From Flavobacteriaceae bacterium (GTDB lineage Bacteria > Bacteroidota > Bacteroidia > Flavobacteriales > Flavobacteriaceae): a stretch of DNA of 64,000 nucleotides. The translations under genes were made by a program, and so were the position numbers. Positions 35,104 through 44,617 of the stretch are shown piece after piece (the stretch's first letter is position 1; the number at the start of each line of letters is the position of its first letter). The stretch covers positions 49,661-113,660 of the forward strand of contig JAQWJJ010000014.1 of the NCBI GenBank assembly GCA_029248405.1, written 5' to 3'. The notes beneath the pieces are model-generated. The model worked only from the letters and a program-made list of their open reading frames with translations, had not been told where the DNA came from and made no database searches.

Positions 35104-36402
35104 TTACGCATCGAATACTGAATCAAGCAACCGTTCAAGCGCCATGCCTCGCGATCCTTTGACCAGTAGTAATGTCGCCGCTATAGGTGCGTTTTTTAGG
35201 GCGTCTTCTAAGGCTTTATAGTGGCTAAAGATTTGAAATCGATCGTCGTGATCTGTGGTTGCGCTAAAGTGCTCCCCCACTAAATAAACTTGGTCTATCG
35301 GGAGTGATCGCAGCGCACTTACGATGTTTTGATGTTCTGTTAGGGCACTCGATCCTAATTCGAACATGTCACCCAGAATGACACACTTATTGCGTTGACT
35401 GGTGATTTGACCAAAATCGGATAAGGCCGCGGCCATGCTTGAAGGATTAGCATTATAGGCGTCCATGATGATGTGGTATCTCCCTCTTTTGATCAGTTGT
35501 GATCGATTCATTTTTGGCACATACTCTGCGATGGCTTCAAAAATGAGTGTGTCCTCAATCTTAAAGTATCTGCCCACAGCAACTGCCGCCAATACGTTGG
35601 TCGTGTTGTAGCTGCCGATGAGTTGTGTTTCGAGTTGGCGCCCTTCAAGTGTTAACTTTAATGTTTCACCCGGCATGTTGCCCCTTGTTTGCTCCTGCAT
35701 TTGGGGCAAGTAAATGCAACTCATGTCGCGTGTCAGTTCCAATTGTTTTTTATTCTTTGGATCGACAAACATCATGGCTTGGGCATTGCGGATGTAGTCA
35801 ATCAGCTCAGATTTTCCCTTGATGACCCCTTCGATACCGCCAAAACCTTCAAGATGAGCTTTGCCAAAATTTGTGATATAACCGAAATTGGGCCGCGCAA
35901 TTTCACACAAAAAAGCAATTTCTTTTTGGTGATTTGCACCCATCTCGACAACTCCTATCTCAGTTTCTTTTGTCAGACGCAGCAGCGTGAGAGGCACACC
36001 AATATGATTGTTGAAATTGCCAGAGGTGGCAATGCAGCGAAATTTTTGAGCAAGAACAGTATGAATAAGTTCCTTTGTTGTGGTCTTACCGTTACTGCCA
36101 GTTAACGCCAGGATAGGTGTTTTCAATTCTAGCCTGTGATGAGTGGCCAGATCTTGTAAGGCCTCGAGACAATCCTTGACATAAATGATTTCTTCCCTGT
36201 TGTTGGCTAGGTTCGGATCGTCGACCACAGCATATTTGGCGCCTAAGTCAAGGGCTTCGGCGGCAAATAAATTCCCATCAAATGTATCGCCCTTTAGGGC
36301 AACATACAGACAGTTTTTATGGATTTTTCTGGTATCAGTACTGACACCTGTCGTTTCCATAAATAGGCGATGGAGGGATGGGGTATCTATTGGATTTGCC
36401 AT
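35104..36402 (-). CDS. murF: UDP-N-acetylmuramoyl-tripeptide--D-alanyl-D-alanine ligase
   Basis: Contains LTGSNGKTTTKE and the Mur ligase middle and C-terminal domains (DAYNANPSSM). Confidence 0.9.
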   Translation of the reverse strand: MANPIDTPSLHRLFMETTGVSTDTRKIHKNCLYVALKGDTFDGNLFAAEALDLGAKYAVVDDPNLANNREEIIYVKDCLEALQDLATHHRLELKTPILALTGSNGKTTTKELIHTVLAQKFRCIATSGNFNNHIGVPLTLLRLTKETEIGVVEMGANHQKEIAFLCEIARPNFGYITNFGKAHLEGFGGIEGVIKGKSELIDYIRNAQAMMFVDPKNKKQLELTRDMSCIYLPQMQEQTRGNMPGETLKLTLEGRQLETQLIGSYNTTNVLAAVAVGRYFKIEDTLIFEAIAEYVPKMNRSQLIKRGRYHIIMDAYNANPSSMAAALSDFGQITSQRNKCVILGDMFELGSSALTEHQNIVSALRSLPIDQVYLVGEHFSATTDHDDRFQIFSHYKALEDALKNAPIAATLLLVKGSRGMALERLLDSVFDA

Positions 36403-36414
36403 GAGATTAAAGAT

Positions 36415-36446
36415 ATAAAAAAACCCTTCAACAAGGTTAAAGGGTT
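36415..36446 (-). terminator. rho-independent terminator downstream of gldJ
   Basis: On the minus strand the stem AACCCTT pairs with AAGGGTT (36446..36440 with 36428..36422). A U-run follows (plus-strand A-run 36415..36421). Confidence 0.65.
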
Positions 36447-36470
36447 AATATAAGCTTATGAAATAATGTT

Positions 36471-38150
36471 TTAGTTGTTGCGCGGGCGTTTGCCTTTTTT
36501 GGATTTACTTCCTAATCGAGACATGGCACATCTGAAGCCGATGAAATCAGTAGCCATATCTTCTGGGAAGTAGCGACGCTGCGCTGGGTCCAACCAGTAG
36601 TCGCGATCTCTCCACGAACCACCTTTGTATACCCGCACTTCGTTATTGATTAAAGACGTACGCTTTGACGATTTATCGTATTCACGCAACAAATTGCCAG
36701 AATCATCTGTCGAGACTTTGTGTTGAGGCGAATTGTACATGCGCTTGCCTTCCTCTACTTTATTGTCGTCTTCACCGCCGAAGGATTGATAGTTTCTGGT
36801 CGATCTTTTGTCCCCGTCACGGAAATCTCTATTATCACTTTCCGAAAAATTTGTTCTGAGGTAAGTTTCATTTTCGTCTACGGGCACTTTGTAGATTTCG
36901 CCTGGAAGATCAGTCGCGATAATTTTACCGTTACTCAGCGTATCGTATAAAATAGAGTCAACCGTTACAACCATTACTTTACCATCAGCGTCAATCGCAT
37001 TTTTGGTATAGACATTTCCACGATAATAGTTGAAGTCGTTAAATTCATCGTCTACGATTGGTCTATAGACGTCAGCAACCCACTCTGCCACGTTCCCCGC
37101 CATGTCGTATAGTCCAAAGTCATTTGGCTCGTAATTACCAACCTCTGCAGTAATGTCGGCGCCGTCATCACTCCAACCAGCAATTCCACCATAGTCCCCA
37201 TCTCCTTGTTTGAAGTTGGCGAGTTGGTCACCGCGACTTCGTCGGTCAGATGATCTTGTATATTGCCCTTCCCAAGGATATTTTTTCTTTCCTCGGTAAA
37301 CGTTATAATCACGAATTCCAACAAGTCCTAAGGCTGCATATTCCCATTCTGCCTCAGTGGGTAATCTATAGTCAGGCATCAAGAGACCGTCTTTTCTCTG
37401 AATGTAAAGGTTTGTACTGTCTCCGCTGCGGCGCTCAAGATTTTCTGAAAATTTACCACCACGGGTTATAGAATCATTGCCACCGTAGGTTTGGGTCGGA
37501 GCGTTGAGATAGGTCTCAGTACTAAAGCCAGTTCCGGGCTCTGTATTGTAGCGAGCGTTTCGGGCTGTCACACCGTTTTGCTCTAAAATGAGTTCGTTGA
37601 CACGGTCGGTGCGCCAATTGGCAAATTCTACTGCCTGAATCCAACTGACACCAACTACAGGGTAGTTAGCATACGCCGGATGGCGCAGATAATTGTTGGT
37701 CATCACTTCGTTGTAGCCGAGGCGGTTGCGCCATACCAGGGTGTCTGGAAGGGCACCGGCATAAATGTTTTTAAAGTTCTCATCTGTTGGGGGGAAAACT
37801 TGCTTGATCCAATCTAGGTATTCTGCATACATGAGGTTCGTGACCTCAGTTTCGTCCATATAAAAAGATTGAACGTGCTGCTGGATAGGATTGTTGTTCC
37901 AGTCGTGCATCGGATCATCTTGAACGCGGCCCATAGTAAATGTTCCACCTTCAACAAAAACAAGTCCTGGACCTGTTTCTTGTTCTTGGGTTTTGGGATC
38001 GTACTGAAATCCGCCTTCTTTGGCGTTCAATGCCCAGCCAGTGGCTCGGGAACTACTAGAGTAATCTCTTGACTTGCTGCAGCCAACAAAAAGTGCTGTG
38101 GTAAAGAGTAACACAATCAGCTCTAATACTAGGTTTTTCTTCAAGTTCAT
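36471..38150 (-). CDS. gldJ: gliding motility / T9SS lipoprotein GldJ (formylglycine-generating-enzyme-like fold)
   Basis: Lipobox ALFVGCS; 559 aa with FGE/SUMF1-like strings (FVEGGTFTMG, FYMDETEVTN, RLPTEAEWEYAA, GNVAEW, KGGSW). It lies next to porU, porV and murF, as in Flavobacterium johnsoniae. Confidence 0.85.
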   Translation of the reverse strand: MNLKKNLVLELIVLLFTTALFVGCSKSRDYSSSSRATGWALNAKEGGFQYDPKTQEQETGPGLVFVEGGTFTMGRVQDDPMHDWNNNPIQQHVQSFYMDETEVTNLMYAEYLDWIKQVFPPTDENFKNIYAGALPDTLVWRNRLGYNEVMTNNYLRHPAYANYPVVGVSWIQAVEFANWRTDRVNELILEQNGVTARNARYNTEPGTGFSTETYLNAPTQTYGGNDSITRGGKFSENLERRSGDSTNLYIQRKDGLLMPDYRLPTEAEWEYAALGLVGIRDYNVYRGKKKYPWEGQYTRSSDRRSRGDQLANFKQGDGDYGGIAGWSDDGADITAEVGNYEPNDFGLYDMAGNVAEWVADVYRPIVDDEFNDFNYYRGNVYTKNAIDADGKVMVVTVDSILYDTLSNGKIIATDLPGEIYKVPVDENETYLRTNFSESDNRDFRDGDKRSTRNYQSFGGEDDNKVEEGKRMYNSPQHKVSTDDSGNLLREYDKSSKRTSLINNEVRVYKGGSWRDRDYWLDPAQRRYFPEDMATDFIGFRCAMSRLGSKSKKGKRPRNN

Positions 38151-38351
38151 AGTTTCAAAAAGTGAAAATATTGGATTTGCAATATACTAATTAACACGTA
38201 AAGCACAATAATATTTTTCTAAATTGAACGTGCCATTTTTTGCAGTAATAACGCACCAATAACGGGGATTTTTATCATTTATTATGACCAGATTGGTTTT
38301 TTCAAAAAACTAAACGAAAATTATTTATACTAACTGTATCTTTGGCCCGTT

Positions 38352-41300
38352 ATGCCTATGATGAAAGAAAAAATTTTAATTTGGGGCCTGCTTTTGTGGA
38401 GTATCGGTATTTACGGCCAGTCCAAATCCATTAAAATTTATTGGCAAGAATTGGCCGAAGCACCCTCAGCTAAAGCCAAAGTCCCCTCGCAAAAGGAGCA
38501 AGCCCTGTCGCGCTTTAATATGAGCTGGAGCATGGGTAATGCTGTTTATCACACGCGATGGGTTGATCAGGGTTTTGCGCTGAACCGTTCCGGGTCGCTG
38601 ACGGATATTGTTTGGGCTCCTGCTACCAGACAAGAAATTAAAAAACTCCAAGGGAAGAATTTACCGTCTGACATCGTTTTGACCCTTGGCAGCGCCATGG
38701 CGCGTGACCAAATTTACACCACACTTTCTTTTGATCCATTTGTCAAGCGCAATGGGCGTATCGAAAAGTTAGTTTCGGCCCAGATGAATTACCGAAGAGG
38801 TCCAGTGCCATCGAGTCGTCTAGCCCGAAACTTGATGAACTCCGTTTTGTCTCAAGGGAGTTGGTACCGTTTTGAAATTGATCAGACCGGTGTTTACAAG
38901 CTAGATCGAAACTTTCTCAGTAGTTTAGGCATGGATCTGACACAACTGGATATCGATCGCCTCAAAATCTATGGCCATGGAGGCAAGCCTCTTCCGTTGG
39001 CCAATAGTGAAAATTTGTTTTTTGATTTACCGGAGACGCCCATTCAAGTTGTGGGGGCCGAGGATGGTACTTTTGATTCAGGTGATTATGTGCTCTTTTA
39101 TGGACAAGGCACCATAGGTTACGATGCAGAAAACGACAGTCACCTGAACCCATATTCAGATACGGCCTATTATTATGTGACGGCAGATGGAACTTTGGGC
39201 CAGCGCATTCAACTTTTGCAAGAACCCATAGGCTCAGTAGATTTGGTTTTTAACTCTTTTCAAGAGGTCAAATTCCATGAAGAGGATACTTATTCGCCGG
39301 CCAAAGTTGGGCGTCAGTGGTTCGGCAACCGATTTGACATTCAAAATGACCAGCAATATACCTTCTCCTTCGACAATAGATTGACGGATCAGCCCTTTGA
39401 AGTGAAGGTGCGTGCAGCAGCAGCATCCGATGTACCCACAAGCATGCAGGTCTCGGTGAACAATGTGGCGACGGATCCCTTGAACTTTAATGGAGTCAAT
39501 GACCCCACCTTGCTTAGTGTTGATTCATTCCGGGAAGATTTTACCCTTTCTGGGGCGTCAATTAGTGTTGAAATGACCTATAATAACTCTGGAAATCCTT
39601 CAAGTATCGGTTATCTTGATTACGTGAGAGTAGAGGCGACAAGAGCCTTGCAGGCAGGATCAGGACAATTGCTTTTTCGCAATAAGGAAGCGGCAACTAG
39701 TGGAGGAATCGGGCGATACGAGATCACTAATGCGGCAGCGGTAACCCAGGTCTGGGATGTCACGAATCCATTTGACATCAAAGCTGTTTTGAATGAAGAA
39801 TCCGCAGCAACATTTTCATTTAAGGCACAGTTGGGCAGCGCGAGTGAGTACGTGGCGCTTGATGATGATGATTTTTTAGAGCCCAAGCGTGGCGGCAATC
39901 CCTTGGTGGCCAATCAAGATCTAAAGGGCGATTTGTTTTTGGGCCCAAATGGTCAGTTTGAAGATATAGATTATCTGATCATTACCCCCGCCGTTTTGCG
40001 AAGCGCTGCAATGCGATTGGCTGATCACCACCGGAATCGTTCTGGATTGCGGGTTAGAGTAATTACACTACAAGATATCTACAACGAGTTCAGTAGCGGC
40101 CAACAAGATATTTCTGCCATTAGAAATTTAGTCCGTTATGTTTATGACCATGCTTCAGGCTTCGACCAGCGCATCAAATACCTTTGTCTTTTTGGAGATA
40201 CCTCAGTAGACTATAAAGACCGATTGACAGGGAATAATAATATGGTGCCATCTTACCATACCTTATCCAGTGTCGACACGTTCAATTCATTCATGTCTGA
40301 TGACTTTTTTGGGATGATGGACCCGAATGAGGGCACCATGTCCTCATCGCATAGTCTAGATATCGCAGTTGGTCGTATTTTGGCAGATACCCCTGCTTTG
40401 GCCACAACGGTAGTGGATAAGATTTTGTCTTATGACGACGAGGCCTCATTTGGCCAATGGCGCAATAATTTTGTGATCATTTCTGACGATGTCGATATTG
40501 GCTGGGAATATCGCGCGCTTGAAGTGACCCTCGACTCTATTGCTGATCGGGTCAGTGCTGAACGTCCTTCTGTCAATGTCAAAAAAATCCATACAGATGC
40601 TTATCAGCAACAAACCTCTGCTGGTGGAAATCGATATCCCGAAGCCAAGGAAGCCATTGAAAACGCGATTGAATTGGGGGCGCTGATTGTCAATTATTTT
40701 GGTCATGGAGGGGAAGATGGGTTGGCTAAGGAATTTATTTATACAAAAGAAACTGCTCAAGATTTGCGCAATAGTGATCGTTACCCATGTTTTGTAACGG
40801 TTACCTGTGAGTTTTCGAAGTTCGATAATCCATTAAGGGTAACGGCTGGAGAACTTACTTTTTGGAATGCTCAAGGGGGCGCTGCCTCCCTGATCACAAC
40901 GACGCGTTCGGTGAGTGTCACTTTAGGGGTCGACTTTAACACCCTGCTGTCTGAGTATTTATTTGGATATGGCTTAGACCAACCTCCTGCACCTGCCGAA
41001 GCACTCAGACTGGCAAAGAACCTGATCGGCTCAAACAATAAGAGAGTCATCTTTTATATTGGTGATCCTGCCATGCATTTGGCTTTTCCTAAAAAACAAA
41101 TCAGATTGACGGCCATCAATGATATCCCCCTTGGGTTCGCCTCGGATACACTTCAGGCTTTGGGTCGTGTCAAACTCAGTGGTGTTGTATTGGACCCAGA
41201 GGGCAATGCATTGCCGGATTACAATGGTTTGCTCCAAGTCAAAGTTTTCGACAAAGATGTGCAGCGTGCCACTCTTGCCAACGATGGCATCAGAGACAAT

Positions 41301-42221
41301 GGCACCGATTATGACAATGACGGCAATACAACCAATTTGCTCATCATGAATTTCAAAACTTTGGGAGAAGTTCTTTTTAATGGTCAGGCAACGGTCACCA
41401 ATGGTGCTTTTGATTTTGAATTTATTGTTCCACGTGATATTCAAATTCCAGTGGGGCAGGGAAAAGTTAGTTTTTATGCCCGGCGTAATGCCCAGTTTGA
41501 AGATCAAACGGGCTATAATCTAAATGTATTGGTTGGCGGGATCAATGAAAATGCACCACAAGATCTTCAAGGCCCTGAGATCGATTTGTTCATGAATGAT
41601 GACAGTTTTATTTCGGGAGGGACAACGAATAACAATCCAATCTTAATTGTCAAACTGGAAGACCTGAGTGGTCTCAATACTACAGGTGGTATTGGGCACG
41701 ACCTGGTTGCTGTTCTGGATGGTGATACGGCAAATCCTTTTGTGCTGAACGATTACTATCAAGCCGGCATCGATGACTTCACAAGGGGCACAGCTCAGTT
41801 CAAGTTGCGTGACTTAGAGAATGGCCCGCACAGTCTTCAGGTAAAGGCTTGGGACACGTATAATAATTCTTCTATTGCCACTCTTGATTTTGTGGTTGCA
41901 GGCGGAGATCAATTGGCCATTTCAAGGGTACTCAATTATCCAAATCCTTTTGTCAATTATACAGAGTTTTGGTTCAATCACAATCGCCCATTTGAACCTT
42001 TGGAGGTACAAGTACAAGTTTTTACCGTGTCTGGTAAGGTCGTATGGAGTCATCAGCAGACGGTGGTCAATCAAGGGTACCTTTCTAGGGATATCATTTG
42101 GGATGGTCGAGATGATTTTGGCGACCGAATTGGCAAAGGGGTCTACGTTTATAAATTGTCTGTAAGGTCAGCATTATCGGGTAAAACAGCCGAGAAATAT
42201 GAGAAACTCGTAATCCTATAA
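38352..42221 (+). CDS. porU: type IX secretion system C-terminal signal peptidase/sortase PorU (C25-peptidase-like)
   Basis: 1289 aa with a signal peptide, a gingipain-like core (NYFGHGGEDGL, FVTVTCEF), and a retained CTD-like end NYPNPF...GVYVYKL...KLVIL. It sits directly upstream of porV. Confidence 0.85.
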   Translation: MPMMKEKILIWGLLLWSIGIYGQSKSIKIYWQELAEAPSAKAKVPSQKEQALSRFNMSWSMGNAVYHTRWVDQGFALNRSGSLTDIVWAPATRQEIKKLQGKNLPSDIVLTLGSAMARDQIYTTLSFDPFVKRNGRIEKLVSAQMNYRRGPVPSSRLARNLMNSVLSQGSWYRFEIDQTGVYKLDRNFLSSLGMDLTQLDIDRLKIYGHGGKPLPLANSENLFFDLPETPIQVVGAEDGTFDSGDYVLFYGQGTIGYDAENDSHLNPYSDTAYYYVTADGTLGQRIQLLQEPIGSVDLVFNSFQEVKFHEEDTYSPAKVGRQWFGNRFDIQNDQQYTFSFDNRLTDQPFEVKVRAAAASDVPTSMQVSVNNVATDPLNFNGVNDPTLLSVDSFREDFTLSGASISVEMTYNNSGNPSSIGYLDYVRVEATRALQAGSGQLLFRNKEAATSGGIGRYEITNAAAVTQVWDVTNPFDIKAVLNEESAATFSFKAQLGSASEYVALDDDDFLEPKRGGNPLVANQDLKGDLFLGPNGQFEDIDYLIITPAVLRSAAMRLADHHRNRSGLRVRVITLQDIYNEFSSGQQDISAIRNLVRYVYDHASGFDQRIKYLCLFGDTSVDYKDRLTGNNNMVPSYHTLSSVDTFNSFMSDDFFGMMDPNEGTMSSSHSLDIAVGRILADTPALATTVVDKILSYDDEASFGQWRNNFVIISDDVDIGWEYRALEVTLDSIADRVSAERPSVNVKKIHTDAYQQQTSAGGNRYPEAKEAIENAIELGALIVNYFGHGGEDGLAKEFIYTKETAQDLRNSDRYPCFVTVTCEFSKFDNPLRVTAGELTFWNAQGGAASLITTTRSVSVTLGVDFNTLLSEYLFGYGLDQPPAPAEALRLAKNLIGSNNKRVIFYIGDPAMHLAFPKKQIRLTAINDIPLGFASDTLQALGRVKLSGVVLDPEGNALPDYNGLLQVKVFDKDVQRATLANDGIRDNGTDYDNDGNTTNLLIMNFKTLGEVLFNGQATVTNGAFDFEFIVPRDIQIPVGQGKVSFYARRNAQFEDQTGYNLNVLVGGINENAPQDLQGPEIDLFMNDDSFISGGTTNNNPILIVKLEDLSGLNTTGGIGHDLVAVLDGDTANPFVLNDYYQAGIDDFTRGTAQFKLRDLENGPHSLQVKAWDTYNNSSIATLDFVVAGGDQLAISRVLNYPNPFVNYTEFWFNHNRPFEPLEVQVQVFTVSGKVVWSHQQTVVNQGYLSRDIIWDGRDDFGDRIGKGVYVYKLSVRSALSGKTAEKYEKLVIL

Positions 42222-42257
42222 ATAATTAAAAAGTATATTTGTTAAAATTTAAAAAAC

Positions 42258-43412
42258 ATGAAAAAGATTTTAATTGTTCTTTTTTTGTTACTCACAGCAG
42301 TAACGACTTTTGCTCAGGAAACTATTGCTCCTCAGCCTATTACTACTGGTGTTCCCTTTTTATTGATTGCTGCTGATGCACGCGCAGGTGGCATGGGGGA
42401 TATTGGTGTGGCGACTTCTGCCGATGCCTTTTCCCAGCAATGGAACCCGTCAAAATATGCCTTTTCAGAGAGCCAACAAGGTTTTGGGGTCACCTATACA
42501 CCGTACTTGAGTAGCTTGGTCAACGATATCTTTTTGGGGAACTTGACGTACTTCAATAGGATGAATGAGCGCAGTGCTGTGGCAGCAAGTTTTCGATATT
42601 TTAGTCTTGGCGATATTGAACTGAGAGATACATTCGATCAGGAGCCATTGATCCAAAGTCCCAATGAATTTACTTTTGACGTGTCGTATGCCCTGCGCTT
42701 GAGTGATCGTTTTTCTATGGCCGTAACAGGTCGTTATTTGCGTTCTGACCTCAAGATTCAGGCCTCGACTGAAGATGCTTCTGCGGCCAGTTCGTTTGCC
42801 GTGGACATCTCCGGTTACTACCAAAGTGAGGAAGTGGCTTTCACCGATTTCAACGGTCGCTGGCGCGGAGGATTTAACATTTCTAACATTGGCCCTAAGA
42901 TAAAATATGACGACGTCGGTCAAGAAAACTTTTTGCCAACCAAATTAGGTGTTGGTGGTGGATTTGACTTTATATTAGACCAGTACAACACCGTTGGTGC
43001 GCATATAGAATTCAATAAGCTCTTGGTGCCAACCCCTCAGGATTTTAACGGCGACGGGGTCCTTGATGCAGAAGATGCTGATGAGTACAATAATATTGGT
43101 TTTGTCTCTGGGATGTTCTCCTCTTTTGGAGATGCTCCAGGCGGTTTTAGTGAAGAGCTGAGCGAGTTGACATGGGCCTTGGGTGTAGAGTATTGGTATC
43201 AAGACGTTTTTGCGCTTCGTACGGGCTACTTTAATGAAAGTGACGATAAGGGATCGCGTAAATTTTTGTCATTAGGAGCTGGATTTAAATATACCTCAAT
43301 TGATATTGATCTTTCATACCTTTTCTCAACATCAAATGTGCGCAGTCCATTAGAAGGAACACTTCGTTTTGGTTTGACCTTTAACTTAGGAGATACCTAT
43401 ACTGAATACTAG
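42258..43412 (+). CDS. porV: T9SS outer-membrane shuttle protein PorV (LptO)
   Basis: 384-aa beta-barrel with a PorV-typical N-terminus (TGVPFLLIAADARAGGMGD.GVAT) and position downstream of porU. Confidence 0.85.
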   Translation: MKKILIVLFLLLTAVTTFAQETIAPQPITTGVPFLLIAADARAGGMGDIGVATSADAFSQQWNPSKYAFSESQQGFGVTYTPYLSSLVNDIFLGNLTYFNRMNERSAVAASFRYFSLGDIELRDTFDQEPLIQSPNEFTFDVSYALRLSDRFSMAVTGRYLRSDLKIQASTEDASAASSFAVDISGYYQSEEVAFTDFNGRWRGGFNISNIGPKIKYDDVGQENFLPTKLGVGGGFDFILDQYNTVGAHIEFNKLLVPTPQDFNGDGVLDAEDADEYNNIGFVSGMFSSFGDAPGGFSEELSELTWALGVEYWYQDVFALRTGYFNESDDKGSRKFLSLGAGFKYTSIDIDLSYLFSTSNVRSPLEGTLRFGLTFNLGDTYTEY

Positions 43413-43433
43413 AAAAATATTTTTTCTATTGAT

Positions 43434-43464
43434 AAATGACCTCCAAGAGAGGTCATTTTTTTTA
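43434..43464 (+). terminator. rho-independent terminator after porV
   Basis: Stem ATGACCTC/GAGGTCAT (43436..43443 with 43449..43456), loop CAAGA, and a T-run to 43464. Confidence 0.8.
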
Positions 43465-43567
43465 TTCTCAAAGAACGGAACACCCTTTAATGCATTAATG
43501 CGTGGGCTCGATAGTAAAGATGGTCATTTTTTGGCCTTAAGTGGTTTTTTAGAAACGCAGAAAAACG

Positions 43568-43575
43568 TATTTTTG
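43568..43575 (+). promoter_or_regulatory. candidate -7 box TATTTTTG upstream of pdhA
   Basis: Matches TAnnTTTG, 40 nt upstream of the ATG at 43616. This is a motif match only. Confidence 0.25.
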
Positions 43576-43615
43576 CGATTCATTTGTTGGACCTAAAGAC
43601 AAATCTCTTTTAAGG

Positions 43616-44614
43616 ATGAAAAAAATTACCAAACAGACGTACCTCGATTGGTATGAGCATATGATGTTTTGGCGCAAGTTTGAGGACAAGCTGGCCCAAG
43701 TCTATATCAACCAAAAGGTTCGTGGATTTTTGCACTTGTATAACGGTCAGGAAGCGGTATTGGCAGGAGCCTTGCATGCGATGGATTTGACGAAGGACAA
43801 AATGATTACCGCGTATCGTTGTCACGTACAGCCCATTGGCATGGGTGTTGACCCTAAGCGTGTGATGGCAGAACTTTATGGAAAAGCCACGGGGACCTCA
43901 CAGGGTCTTGGCGGATCCATGCATATTTTTTCTAAAGAACATCGATTCTATGGTGGACATGGAATTGTTGGCGGACAAATTCCGCTAGGTGCTGGTCTCG
44001 CCTTTGGTGATAAATACCACAATACAGGTGGTGTGACCCTAACCTTTATGGGTGATGGGGCAACGCGACAAGGGGCACTGCACGAAACCTTTAACCTGGC
44101 TATGCTTTGGAAGCTTCCGGTTGTTTTTTGTGTTGAAAATAATGGCTATGCCATGGGTACCTCAGTGGCTCGGACCGCCAATCATTCTGAAATTTGGAAA
44201 CTGGGCTTGGGCTATGATATGCCTTGTCGTCCAGTCGACGGCATGAAACCAGAGATGGTGGCCAAGGAGTTAGACGAAGCGATTGCGCGCGCAAGAAAAG
44301 GCGACGGGCCGACCTTTTTGGAAATCAGAACTTATCGTTACCGCGGACATTCAATGAGTGATGCCCAGCACTATCGTACTAAGGATGAAGTTGCCAAGAT
44401 GCAGGAGCAAGATCCAATATCATACGTCTTGAACCACATATACGAGAACAAATGGGCCAGTGAAAAGCAAATCGCAGAGATCGATCAAAAGGTAAAGGAT
44501 AAAGTAGCCGAGTGTGAAGCGTTTGCTGAGTCGTCGCCTTATCCTGAGAAAAACGTGATGTACGATACGGTTTATCAGCAAGAGGATTATCCATTTTTAC
44601 CCCACAAATTATAA
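43616..44614 (+). CDS. pdhA: pyruvate (2-oxoacid) dehydrogenase E1 component, alpha subunit
   Basis: TPP-binding region GDGATRQGALHETFNLAMLWKLPVVFCVENNGYAMGT, plus YRYRGHSMSD. Confidence 0.9.
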   Translation: MKKITKQTYLDWYEHMMFWRKFEDKLAQVYINQKVRGFLHLYNGQEAVLAGALHAMDLTKDKMITAYRCHVQPIGMGVDPKRVMAELYGKATGTSQGLGGSMHIFSKEHRFYGGHGIVGGQIPLGAGLAFGDKYHNTGGVTLTFMGDGATRQGALHETFNLAMLWKLPVVFCVENNGYAMGTSVARTANHSEIWKLGLGYDMPCRPVDGMKPEMVAKELDEAIARARKGDGPTFLEIRTYRYRGHSMSDAQHYRTKDEVAKMQEQDPISYVLNHIYENKWASEKQIAEIDQKVKDKVAECEAFAESSPYPEKNVMYDTVYQQEDYPFLPHKL

Positions 44615-44617
44615 GTT

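Noticed and set aside
38337-38344. TAnnTTTG box (TATCTTTG) just upstream of porU, and a similar TAATTTTG at 15429..15436 upstream of the Pmp3 gene
   Set aside because: Both end only 5-7 nt before the annotated ATG. This would imply essentially leaderless mRNAs. Such AT-rich 8-mers are expected by chance, so I did not call them promoters.
43487-43498. 12-bp perfect palindrome TTAATGCATTAA upstream of pdhA
   Set aside because: It is AT-rich and short with no second copy in the window, so I cannot tell it apart from chance.
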